The notes below the pieces were generated by a model. The model saw nothing but the letters and a program-made list of their open reading frames with translations. It did no database searches and was not told the DNA's origin. From contig JYFJ02003976.1 in assembly GCA_000934665.2 (NCBI GenBank), positions 1-35,866 on the forward strand: DNA of 35,866 nucleotides, written 5' to 3'. Each line of letters begins with the position of its first letter. Positions within the stretch are counted from its first letter, which is position 1. Shown piece by piece: positions 1 through 10,682 of the stretch. A program made the position numbers and the translations under genes. Source of the DNA: Catajapyx aquilonaris. Taxonomy: Eukaryota.

Positions 1-95
1 ATAGCCATAATTATTGCAAAGGTTACTACTAAATCAATGAGTCACTCCTATGGAAAAGTCTTTCATAACCCGAGCAACGCCGGGTATCCTGCTAG
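1..95 (+). mobile_element. Helitron 3' terminus (element continues off the left edge), inserted in an intron of G1
   Basis: Subterminal hairpin CCCGAGCAACGCCGGG (69-84) followed by CTAG (92-95) and then T, the canonical Helitron 3' end. Host intron sequence (taattttataatcacatg) resumes immediately after. A near-identical end lies at 20444-20470. Confidence 0.8.
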
Positions 96-156
96 TAATT
101 TTATAATCACATGTCATATTTCCGTGAAATTATAGGTACAACAGAATAGGTCTCAC

Positions 157-753
157 TTGAAATTCTACCTGTGGGGAAACATCATGGGGATGAATGTTTT
201 CTTCCTCAGACGATGAATAATTTTCTTCCTCAGAGAATGAATTATTTTCTTCCTCAGACAATGAAATATCGGTGTTCTCATCATCAGGAAATAACTTTTC
301 AGCTCGTTTTTTCTGTGAAAATTAATTTTAAGATGTGTAAGACACATACGCGCACTAAAATTGAGTCATGTACAATTTTGTTTAGAATCGTTACCAGCAG
401 TTTTTTCATGTAACTTGGCACATTATATTTCTTACAGTAGTAGTCAAGGAAGTTCATCAGGACATGTTCCTTTTTAACCTTTTTCCCAAAATGTGCTTCA
501 CAATTAACCACATCTTCCATATTGCCGACGATCGTTACGAATTGTCCTGTTGAAATTAACTGATTTAGAATTAACTATAATCGACACAGAATAATGTGGC
601 ATGACCTTCTCGGAAAATGTCCCTGAGATTAAATCCCTTCAAGCACACCCCATGAAGGAAAACACTGTCGCTTGAAAAACCATAGTAGAGTTCTTCATCT
701 CCATAATCCACCAAAAGACTTTTCCTGATCATTCCAACAATATTGCCTTTCAT
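157..753 (-). CDS. Family copy G1, partial: exons 1-3 present, exons 4-5 deleted, last exon outside the window
   Basis: ATG at 753. Exons 753-606, 546-395 and 312-157 have GT-AG boundaries and an open frame (MKGNIVG...GQFV...KKRAEKLFPDD...SEEEN x3...QVEFQ). Deletion junction at 111-113. Confidence 0.65.
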
Positions 754-1334
754 TGTGAATGGAAAAAAGATGTCTCTCACATATATCACAGCTATAGATG
801 CACGAATGCTCTTATCAACAAGAATAAAGCTGATGCATCGTTATCTCTTTATCTCATTTGTGTGAAGTAGGTTCCTATCAAAACATCCCACAGCTACACG
901 GGGGTTTTCCCCCATGCGGTGGTACTTCCCCGTTCAAGTAGAAGTAATAATAATTCTCCACTAGTTTGTGGATAATTAAAGTCTGAAACAACTGCTGTTT
1001 GAAAATGGCAGCTCGCATGCGATTGCATGAAATCTTGTTTATTTTTTGCGGCTATGAAATTACACTTGATGCATGTTCCACAGTTGAGCAGTTTGAATGA
1101 ACACATTTGCAATGAACATTAAAAAGGGTAATTACGACGGTATGTGGAAATCGAATTAAATTGGGCAGCAAATTTTCTCAGCAAGTCCATGAAATCAATC
1201 ACGTCCCAATCGTTCGACAGGTTCCAATGCATGTGAGTTACGAGTGCGAGCAGGATGATGTGGACGGGATGAAGTTTGAACAGAAGGATGAAGAAGAAGA
1301 TCAGGGAAGTTGCGGACACTGCGTCGTTGTCGTT

Positions 1335-2664
1335 CTAGATTAACGAGCTGCAAGTTTCTGAGTCGCACGAAGGTTGTTCACAACTTGTCAAATCATGCTG
1401 TGCCTTGTCGCTTTTGCTTGTTGCATCTGGATGCTCTGTAAAATCTTCCTGTTTTTCTCTCGTAATGATTTCCTTGCTTAACGAGGATGATGAATCAATC
1501 AGCACTGTTTCCTCATCTTCTAAGTTGACGATTGGAGCCCACAAGCGCATCAGATCGTCACCCAGGTAGTCTGCCCAATCGTCGTCTACAGGCTCACTGC
1601 TTGTTAGTTGGTCGTTAGGGGTATTACTCTTGCACTGTAAGTATACAACACACTGTTGATAGTACACAAGGAATAATTTTATACATGGAAAAATGATTCT
1701 TACTTTTAGACTTTCACAGCTTGAAGAAGCAGCCAGAGAATCATTTGTCTTGTTGTCGGGTAATCTTATTTCATCCATCTCTTTCTGTGGAGTAGAGCGA
1801 CCATTATTATTCATGTACACAATCATTTTGTACTTGTGCATACTTGTTCACGTGCAGTGAGGTTCATGAAAAATAATGCATTGCGCAAAAAGTTTTGTTC
1901 TGTTCACCACGTGCGTTATACCTTAAGTTCTTCCCTTATATTTGCCATGCAGGAGTCGACAATGCCGGGGATCAACTGCATCAGTTCCTGTCGAAGTTCT
2001 TCCTTCTGCAGAAACAATAAAAATATCATGAGTTACGCATGTCACATTTCAATGAAATTATAGGTACAACAGAATGTCTCACTTGCAATTCTACCTGTGG
2101 GGAAGCATCATGGGGATGAATATTTTCTTCATCGGACAATGAAATATCGGTGTTCTCAAAATCATAAAATTGCTTTTCAGCTCGTCTTATCTGCAGAAAT
2201 TAATTTTAAAATGTGTAAGACACACAGCACTTTTTTTACTATAAACTTAAAAAGGAGTCATGCACAATTGTGGTTTGAATAATTACCAGCTGCTCTTTCA
2301 TGTCACTTCGCACGTTATATTTGTGGCAGTAGTGGTCAAGGGATGTAATCAGTAGATGTTTATTATTTCGAAATTCTTCCCCAAAATGTACTTGGCAATT
2401 ATACACATCCTCTTCCATATTGCCGACAATCCTTACGAATTGTCCTGTTGAAATTAACTGATTTAGAACAAACTATCATCCTCACACTTTGTACTTAATA
2501 ATAATGTGGGCATTATAATTATTACCTTGTCTAAAAAATTCCTTCAGGTTAAATCCACTCATGGAAACTCCATAAAGGAAAATGTCATCACTTGTGAAAT
2601 ACCAGTTTCCGTCCTCATCCACCTCAAGTCTTTTCCTGCTTATTCCAAGAATACTGCAGGTCAT
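1335..2664 (-). CDS. Family copy G2, six exons, about 289 aa, truncated by a nonsense codon just before the hydrophobic tail
   Basis: Exons 2664-2526, 2444-2287, 2190-2083, 2005-1922, 1784-1704 and 1634-1335 are all GT-AG and in frame. TAG at 1337-1335 corresponds to CAG in paralogs. The ancestral frame continues to 1119. Confidence 0.7.
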
Positions 2665-3034
2665 GATAAATAAATTATTGTACAAAGATACTGCTTCCCT
2701 ACGGGTGTGTCGCTTTTCAGAAAGCACACCCACAAGTAGGCTACTACACGACAATGACCATCAAAAAGCCTTCCAGGGGGTTTTCTACTAACGGGTTTCC
2801 ACCTCAAGCAGTTCTGAACAGTTTCTGAAAAGGCAGATGAATTCAATCCCCACATGTCTGTGAAGAAATATTCTGAAACAACTAAAATGGAAATGCATTA
2901 TTCCGTCTGGGTAAATGTGTCATTCCATTATTAATTTATTAATTAGCAACAGTTGAGCAGTTTGAATGAACACGTTTGCGATGAACATTAGAAAGGGTGA
3001 TTGGGCACGGTAATTGCAACGGTATGAAGAAATT

Positions 3035-4378
3035 TTAAATAATTATTATCAGGACTTTTATGAACAATCCTATCAAAACGAGCCCAATCACTACACACTG
3101 TGCACAGGTTACTATAAGTTCCAATGCACGTGAGAAATAGTAAGTGCTGTGCCAAGTCAAATCATGCTGAACCTTGTCACTTTTGATTATTGCCACTGCT
3201 TCCTCTTTCTCTCTCTCAATGATTTCTTTGTTGATCATTGGATCCCACAAGCTCATCACTTCGTCACCTAGGTAGTCTGAAATGTAGTTTTCATTGTCTT
3301 CGGGCTCGCTGCTTTTTGGTTGGGAAGTAGCGGTATTACTCTTGCTCTGTAATTACACAACAAGTAGCCTGCTTTGTTGATCCTATACACAAGTAATTTT
3401 ATAATCACATGGCTGAATCATTCTTACTAAACTTTCACAGCTTAAAGAAGCAGTCGGAGAATCATTTGCCCCGTTGGCTGATAATTTCATTTCATCGATG
3501 ATCTCTTTCTGTGGAAATATAGCATTACTGGTGTATGCAATGTAATTGTTTCGTACTCATGCACACAACTTAAAACATGAAGTAAGGTTAAGGGAAAATT
3601 ATGTGCCGCACAGAAAGCTTCAAGCTGTCATCATGTTTACCTTCAGTTCTTCCCTTTCCCTTATCTTTGCCATGCAGGTGTCGACAATGCCGGGGATCAA
3701 CTGCAGCAGTTCCTGTCGAAGTTCTTCCTTCTGCGGAAATAATAAAAATCCCATGAGTTATGTATGTCATATTTCTGTGAAATTATATAGGTAGGCCTAC
3801 AACAGAATAGGTCTCACTTGAAATTCTACCTGTGGGGAAACGTCATGGGGATGAATATTTTCTTCATCGGACAATAAAATATCGGTGTTCTCATAATCAG
3901 GAAATAGCTTTACAGCTCGTTTTTTCTGTGAAAATTAATTTTAAAATGTGTAAGACACAGCACTTACTTTTAAAAAATACTGAAAAGGAGTCATGTACAA
4001 TTTTTGTTTAGAATCATTACCAGCCGGTTTTCCACATAACTTGGCACATTATATATCTTGCAGTAGTAGTCAAGGATGTTCATCAAGGCATGTCCCTTTC
4101 TAACCTTTTCCACAAAATGTGCTTCACAATCAACCGCATCCTCTTCCATATTGCCGACAATCCTTACGAATTGTCCTGTTGATGAACTGATTTAGAATCA
4201 ACTATAATCGACACAGAATAATGTGGCATTTACCTGCTTGGAAAATATTCCTGAGATTAATTCCCTTCAAGCACACCCCATGAAGAAAAACCTTATCGCT
4301 TGGAAAATTACAGTACTTTTCATCGCCATTATCCACACGAAGTATTTTCATGCTTACTCCAACAATACTGCCTTTCAT
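3035..4378 (-). CDS. Family copy G3, intact six-exon gene, about 296 aa, with a distinct C-terminal hydrophobic helix
   Basis: Exons 4378-4234, 4175-4021, 3925-3818, 3730-3641, 3508-3428 and 3346-3035 give an open frame ending in LIVTCAQCVVIGLVLIGLFIKVLIIII*. Confidence 0.75.
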
Positions 4379-4805
4379 TGTGAATAGAAAAAAATATGTC
4401 TCTCACGTATCACAGCTAGATGCACAAATACTCTTATCAACGGGAATAAGCTGATGCATTGTTATCTCTTTATCTCATTTGTGTGAAGTAGATTTCCTAT
4501 CAAAACATCCCACAGCTACACCCCATGGAGTGGTACTTCCCCTCGCAACCTGTGAAAATAATAATAATTCTCCACTTGTTTGTGGATAATTAGATTCTGA
4601 AACAACTAACAAGGTTGGCAATGCTGTTTGGAAATGGCAGTGGACATGAAATGTCATGAAATCTTGTTTATTTTTGAGTCTATGAAATTTCACTTGATGC
4701 ATGTTCCACAGTTGAGCACAATTTGAATGAACACGTTTGCAGTGAACATTAGAAAGGGTAATAATTGGGCATGGTAATTGCAAGGGTATGAATAAGGAAT
4801 TATTA

Positions 4806-6343
4806 TTAAATTCTCAGAAAGTCCATGATATCAAATGTGTCCCAATCATTAGACAGGTTCCAATGCATGTGAGTTACAACAAGTGCGAGAAGAATGATGC
4901 GGAAGGGATGGAGACTGAGCAGAATGAAGAAGAAGAAGACCAGGGAAGTGGGCAGGTGTGGTGGCCGAGATGATAACGTCTCGGCTTGCTGTGTGAAAGG
5001 CCCCAGGTTCGATCCCCGCCTGGGGAACTTTCCTTTCACCTGCGTCAGGAGGGTCTCTGACCTGCACCAAGGAGGTGTCTGGCAACCTAACCTCCTGGGG
5101 AACAGCACATGACCCGTGTTCAGACGTGCACCTTGCACCCATGTTCCCTCCCCAAAAATCCCTATCCTTACCTCATGTCCTTTCATCCTTGCACCGGTGT
5201 TAGAAGAAAATAATAAGAAAATTGAAGGAAAATGGTGGTAATCCACCCCCCTATAAGGGCCCATGGCCCTAGCATGGGGTATCGTAAAAATAATAATAAA
5301 TAATAATAAATAAAAATAAATAAAAAAAGACCAGGGAAGTTGCTGAAACTACGTCGTTGTCGTTCTGGATTAACGAGCTGCTAGTTTCTGCGTCACACGA
5401 AGGTTGTTCGCAGTATGTCAAATCATGAAGAACCTTGTCGCTGTTGCTTGTTGCTACTGCTTCCTCTTTTCCTCTCATAGTTTCCGCCTCTTCTAAGTTG
5501 ACGATTGGAGCCCAGAAGCTCATCACATCATCATCAATGTAGTCTGAAATGTTGTCATCATTGTCTTCAGGCCCACTGCTGTTTGGTTGGTCGCTAGTGG
5601 TATTACTCTTGCTCTGTAATTACACAACATAATCATTATATGCCCTGCTTTTACAGTTGATCCTACATAAGTAATTTTATAATCACATGTCATATTCATA
5701 TTTCAAATTATAGGTACAACAGAATAGGTCTCATTTGCAATTTTACCTGTGGGGAAACATCAGGAATATTTTCTTCCTCCTCAGACGATCAATTATATTC
5801 TTCCTCATCAGGCGATGAATTATATTCTTCCTCGGACAAGGAATAATTTTCTTCCTCAGACAATGAAATATCGGTGTTCTCATCATCATAAAATAACTTT
5901 TTAGCTCGTTTTTTCTGTGAAAATTAATAATTTTAAGATGTGTAATAAGACACATACAATATTTTGTTTAGAATCATTACCAGCAATTTTTTCATGTAAC
6001 TTGGCACATTATATTTCTTGCAGTAGTAGAAAAGGATATTCATCAAGGCATGTTCCTTTCTAACCTTTTTCCCAAAATGTGCTTCACAATTAGCCACATC
6101 CTCCTCCATATTGCCGACAATCCTTACGAATTGTCCTGTTGATTAACTGATTTAGAATCAACTCTCATCAACACAGAATAATGTGGCATTACCTTCTAGG
6201 AAAATGTCCCTTAGATTTAATCCCTTCAAGCACACCCCATGAAGGAAAACCTTGACGCTTGGAAAGCCCCAGTAGTTGTACTCTTCATCTCCATAATCCA
6301 CATGAAGTATTTTCCTGCTCATTCCAACAATACTGCCTTTCAT
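4806..6343 (-). pseudogene. Family copy G4, pseudogene
   Basis: Exons 6343-6193 and 6135-5981 are open. Exon 3 has an in-frame TGA at 5791-5789 and its usual donor is mutated (gtgag to atgag). Exons 4-5 are deleted (junction 5687-5689). The last exon (from 5613) is interrupted by a SINE. Confidence 0.75.
4950..5326 (+). mobile_element. Full-length tRNA-derived SINE with a 14-bp TSD
   Basis: tRNA-like head with A box (TGGCCGAGATGA) and B box (GGTTCGATCCC), and an A/(AAT)-rich tail at about 5286-5326. TSD AAGACCAGGGAAGT at 4936-4949 and 5327-5340. Absent from paralogous exons. Confidence 0.9.
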
Positions 6344-6706
6344 TGTGAATGCAAAAAAGATGCCTGTAACATATCACAGCGATAGATGCACAAATGCTCT
6401 TATCAACAAGAATAAAGCTGATGTATGGTTATCTCGTTATCTCAGCTCTGTTTGTGTGAAGTAGGTTCCTATCAAAACATCCCACAGCTACACGGGGGTT
6501 TTCCCCCATGCAGTGGTACTTCCCCGTTCAAGTATAGGTAATAATAATTCTCCACTTGTTTGTGGATAATTAGAGTCTGAAACAACTGCTGTTTGAAAAT
6601 GGCAGCTCACATGCATGAAATCTTGTTTATTTTTTGCGGCTATGAAATTACAATTGATGCATGTTCCACAGTTGAGCAGTTTGAATGAACACATTTGCAA
6701 TGAACA

Positions 6707-8178
6707 TTAAAAAGGGTAATTACGGCGGTATGCGGAAATCGAATTAAATTGGGCAGCAAATTTTCTCAGCAAATCCATGAAATAAATCACGTCCCAATCG
6801 TTTGACAGGTTCCAATGCATGTGAGTTACGAGTGCGAGCAGGATGATGTGGACGGGATGAAGTTTGAACAGAAGGATGAAGAAGAAGATCAGAGAAGTTG
6901 CGGACACTGCGTCGTTGTTGTTCTGGATTAACGAGCTGCAAGTTTCGGCGTCGCACGAAGGTTGTTCGCTGCTTGTCAAATCATGCTGTACCTTGTCGCT
7001 ATTGTTTGTTGCGGCTAGATGCTCTGTAAAATCTTCCTGTTTTTCTCTCGTAATGATGTCCTTGCTTAACGAGTATGATGAATCAATCAGCACTGTTTCC
7101 TCATCTTCTAAGTTGACGATTGGAGCCCACAAGCGCATCAGATCATCACCCAGGTAGTCTGCCCAATCATCGTCTTCAGGCCCACTGCTTTTTGGTTGGT
7201 CGTTAGGGGTATTACTCTTGCACTGTAAGTACACAACATAGGCCCTGCTTTTACAATTGATAATACAAAAGGAATACTTTTATAATCGCACGGAAAAAAC
7301 AATTGACTTTCACAGCTTGAAGAAGCAGTCGGAGAATCACTTGCCTTGTTGTCAGGTAATTTTATTTCATCCATGATCTCATTCTGTGGATATAGAGCAA
7401 GCATTATTATTTATGTACAAAATCATTTCGTACTTGTGCACACAAGGTATTAATAATTATTCACGTGCATTGAAGTTCATGAAAAATAATGCATTGCGCA
7501 GAAAGTTTTGTTCTGTTCACCACGTGCGTTATACCTTCAGTTCTTCCCTTATCTTTGCCATGCATGAGTCGACAATGCCGGGGATCAACTGCATCAGTTC
7601 CTGTCGAAGTTCTTCCTTCTGCGGAAATATTAAAAATCTCATGAGTTATGCATATGTCACATTTCAATGAATTATAGGTACAACAGAATATTTCTCACCT
7701 GTGGGGAAGCATCATCATGGGGATGAATATTTTCTTCGTCGGACAAGAAAATATCGGTATTCTCATAATCATAAAATCGCTTTTCAGCTCGTCTTTTCTG
7801 TGGAAATTAATTTTAAAATGTGTAAAGACACAGCATGAGTCATGCACAATATTGTGCTTATAATAATTACCAGCTGTTCTTTCATGTCACTCCGCACATT
7901 ATATCTAAAGCAGTAGTAGCCAATGGATGCATTCAGTAGATGTTTATCATTTCCACATTCTTCCCCAAAATGTACTTGGCAATTATCCTCATCCTCTTCC
8001 ATATTGCCGACAATCCTTAAGGCTTGTCCTGTTGAAATTAACTGATTTAGAATAATAAACTATCATCCTCACACTACTTGTACTTAATAATAATGTGGGC
8101 ATTATAATCATCACCTTGTCTGAAAAATTCCTTCAGGTTAAATCCACTCATGGAAGCTCCATGAAGGAAAACCTCATC
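6707..8178 (-). pseudogene. Family copy G5, probably degenerate
   Basis: Exon 1 is 5'-truncated (remnant about 8178-8115). Exons 8028-7871, 7797-7699 and 7618-7535 are intact. Exon 5 (from 7383) has lost its gtaag donor. The last exon (7222-6707) is open and retains the hydrophobic helix. Confidence 0.65.
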
Positions 8179-8694
8179 TGGCTCCAGGGATAACAGTTTC
8201 CCCCTGAATCAGTTCTGAACAGTTTCTGAAAAAGGCAGATGAATTCAATCCCCCACATGTCCGTGAAGAAATATTCTGAAACAACTAAACTGGAAATACA
8301 TTATTTTTGTAATTACAATTATCCACTTATTCTATTTGAACATTTTGAACAGTGGGCAGCCACCAGAACGCTCCCCAATTTGTTTCAATTTTAGTCCGCT
8401 TCGTACTACGTGTCGCCACTTGACATCAAAAAAATTACAGATAAATGCACGGCTAAATACCTGGCATAATTATTATTATTACACATAATTAACACCAAAT
8501 ATCAAGTGATTGCTTGCCATCTTTAATTTTATTTGTGAAATTAATCTTGATTTTGTGTTCCACAGTTGAGCACAATTTGAATGGATACCGTTTGCGAATT
8601 GCGATGATGAACATTAGAGAGGGTAATTAGCCATAGTATAATTGCAACGGCATGCAGAAATTTTCTCAGCAAGTCCGTGAAATCAATTGTGTCC

Positions 8695-9992
8695 CTATGC
8701 ATGTGAGTTATAATAATTGCGAGTAGGATGATACGGAAGGGATGGAGATGGAACTGGTCGAAATGTCCGTGGCTCGACGTCCCTAGGACGTCCATAGGAC
8801 GTCACTGTGCTGTCTGGGAAGCTCATCACTTCATCATCACCAACATAGTCTGAAATGTAGTTTTCATTGTCTTCAGGCCCAGTGCTTCTTGGATGGGCAG
8901 TAGCGGTATTACTCTTGCGCTATAATTACACAACATATAGCTTGCTTTTAACGGTGATCCTACAGTAAAAATCATTCTTACTAGACTTTCACAGCTTGAA
9001 GAAGCAGCCACAGAATCATTTGCCCCGTTGGCTGATAATTTTATTTCATCCATGATCTCTTTCTGTGGAAATATATCATTACTCATGTATGCAATGCAAT
9101 TGTTTCTTACTCATGCACACAACTTTACAGAAAGCTTAATGCTGTTGACCTCATGTTTACCTTCAGTTCTTCTCTCATCTTTGCCATGCAGGTGTCTACA
9201 ATGCCAGGGATCAACTGCAGCAGTTCCTGTAGAAGTTCTTCCTTCTGCGGAAATAATATAAATCCCATGAGTTATGTATGTCATACTTCCGTGAAATTAT
9301 AGGTACTGTACAACAGAATAGGTCTCACTTGCAATTCTACCTGTGGGGAAGCATCATGGGGATGAATATTTTCTTCCTCGGACGATGAAATATATTTTCT
9401 CAGAGGGAATGAAATACTTATTTCTTCCTCAGACGATGAAATATTTTCATCCTCAGACAATGAAATATTGGTATTCTTATCATCAGGAAATAGCTTTACA
9501 GCTCGTTTTTTCTGTGGAAATTAATTGGAAAATGGGTAAGACACAGCATTAATTTTTTTAGAAATACACATACTAAAATGGAGTCATGTACTACAATTTT
9601 GTTTAGAATCATTACCAGCAATTTTTTCATGTAACTCGGCACATTATATTTCTTGCAGTAGTAGTGAAGGGATTTCATCAAGACATGTTCCTTTTTAGCC
9701 TTTTTCCCAAAATGTGCTTCACAATTAACCAGACGATCCTCTTCCTTATTGCCGACGCTCTTGCCGACGATCATTACGAATTGTCCTGTTGAAATTAACT
9801 GATTTAGAATCAACTATCATCAACACAGAATAATGTGGCATTACCTTCTTGGAAAATGTCCCTGAGGTTAAATCCCTTCAAGCACACCCCATGGAGGAAA
9901 ACCACGTCGCTTGTAAAACGACAGTGGTCCTCTTCATCTCCATAATCCACATGAAGTCTTTTCCTGCTCATTCCAACAATACTGCCTTTCAT
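8695..9992 (-). CDS. Family copy G6, six exons, about 296 aa, lacking the membrane helix
   Basis: Exons 9992-9845, 9785-9616, 9511-9329, 9244-9161, 9062-8982 and 8919-8695 are in frame. The last exon has a foreign segment of about 64 bp replacing host sequence, which shifts the frame to a TAG at 8697-8695. Confidence 0.7.
8755..8818 (-). mobile_element. DNA-transposon terminal fragment (CCCAG..GCACA end with GACGTC subterminal repeats, CMC/EnSpm-like)
   Basis: The minus strand reads CCCAGACAGCACAGTGACGTCCTATGGACGTCCTAGGGACGTCGAG. It is absent from the other paralogs. The superfamily assignment is from recollection of terminal motifs only. Confidence 0.45.
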
Positions 9993-10180
9993 TGTGAATG
10001 CAAAAAAGATGTCTCTAACATATCACAGCTACAGATGCACAAATGCTCTTATCAACAAGAATTAGGCTGATGCATCTTTATTTCTTTATCTCATTTGTGT
10101 GAACGAAGTAGATTATTCCTATCACAACATCCCACAGCTACACAGGGTTTTTCCCCATGTAGTGGTACTTCCCCTCCCAA

Positions 10181-10181
<1 letters not shown>

Positions 10182-10266
<85 letters not shown>
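10182..10266. repeat. (AAT)n microsatellite, about 28 units
   Basis: Pure TAA/AAT run. Paralogous positions (about 946, 4557, 6539) have only 2-4 units. Confidence 0.95.
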
Positions 10267-10682
10267 TTCTCCACTTGTTTGTGGATAATTATTCTGATTT
10301 TGACGTGTTTTACTAAGAGAACCATGTTGCATGGCAAACATTATATTTTAGCCTTCTAATATATATTATTTTGGCATCAATTATTATGACTGTAGTCGTC
10401 TTGTTATTTTATTGATAAATCATTTAATTTAACACTGGTCTTGCTGTTCCTTTCATTCCATAGAGATTCGGTGCCTGATACTGATAAAAATGGCCTTATT
10501 GGGAGGTTGGAAATGCTGTTGGCAGCTCAAATGAAATTGGATGAAATCTTGTTTATTTATTGCGGCTATGAAATCACACTTGGCGCATGTTCTGCAGTTG
10601 AGCAGTTTGAATGAACACTACGTTTGCGATGAACATTACAAAGGGTAATTGGGCACAGTAATTGCAAAGGTATGAAGAAATA

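Noticed and set aside
4950..5030. tRNA gene
   Set aside because: The tRNA-like head continues into a body, an A-rich tail and a TSD, so it is a SINE. The same applies to 19510-19588.
8305..8540. Copy-specific inserts (also about 10298-10505 and 13290-13450)
   Set aside because: They are probably TE fragments, but I found no termini or TSDs, so they were not annotated.
10099..10359. Poly-Asn, poly-Leu and poly-Ile ORFs (also 29320-29502)
   Set aside because: These are translations of (AAT)n microsatellites.
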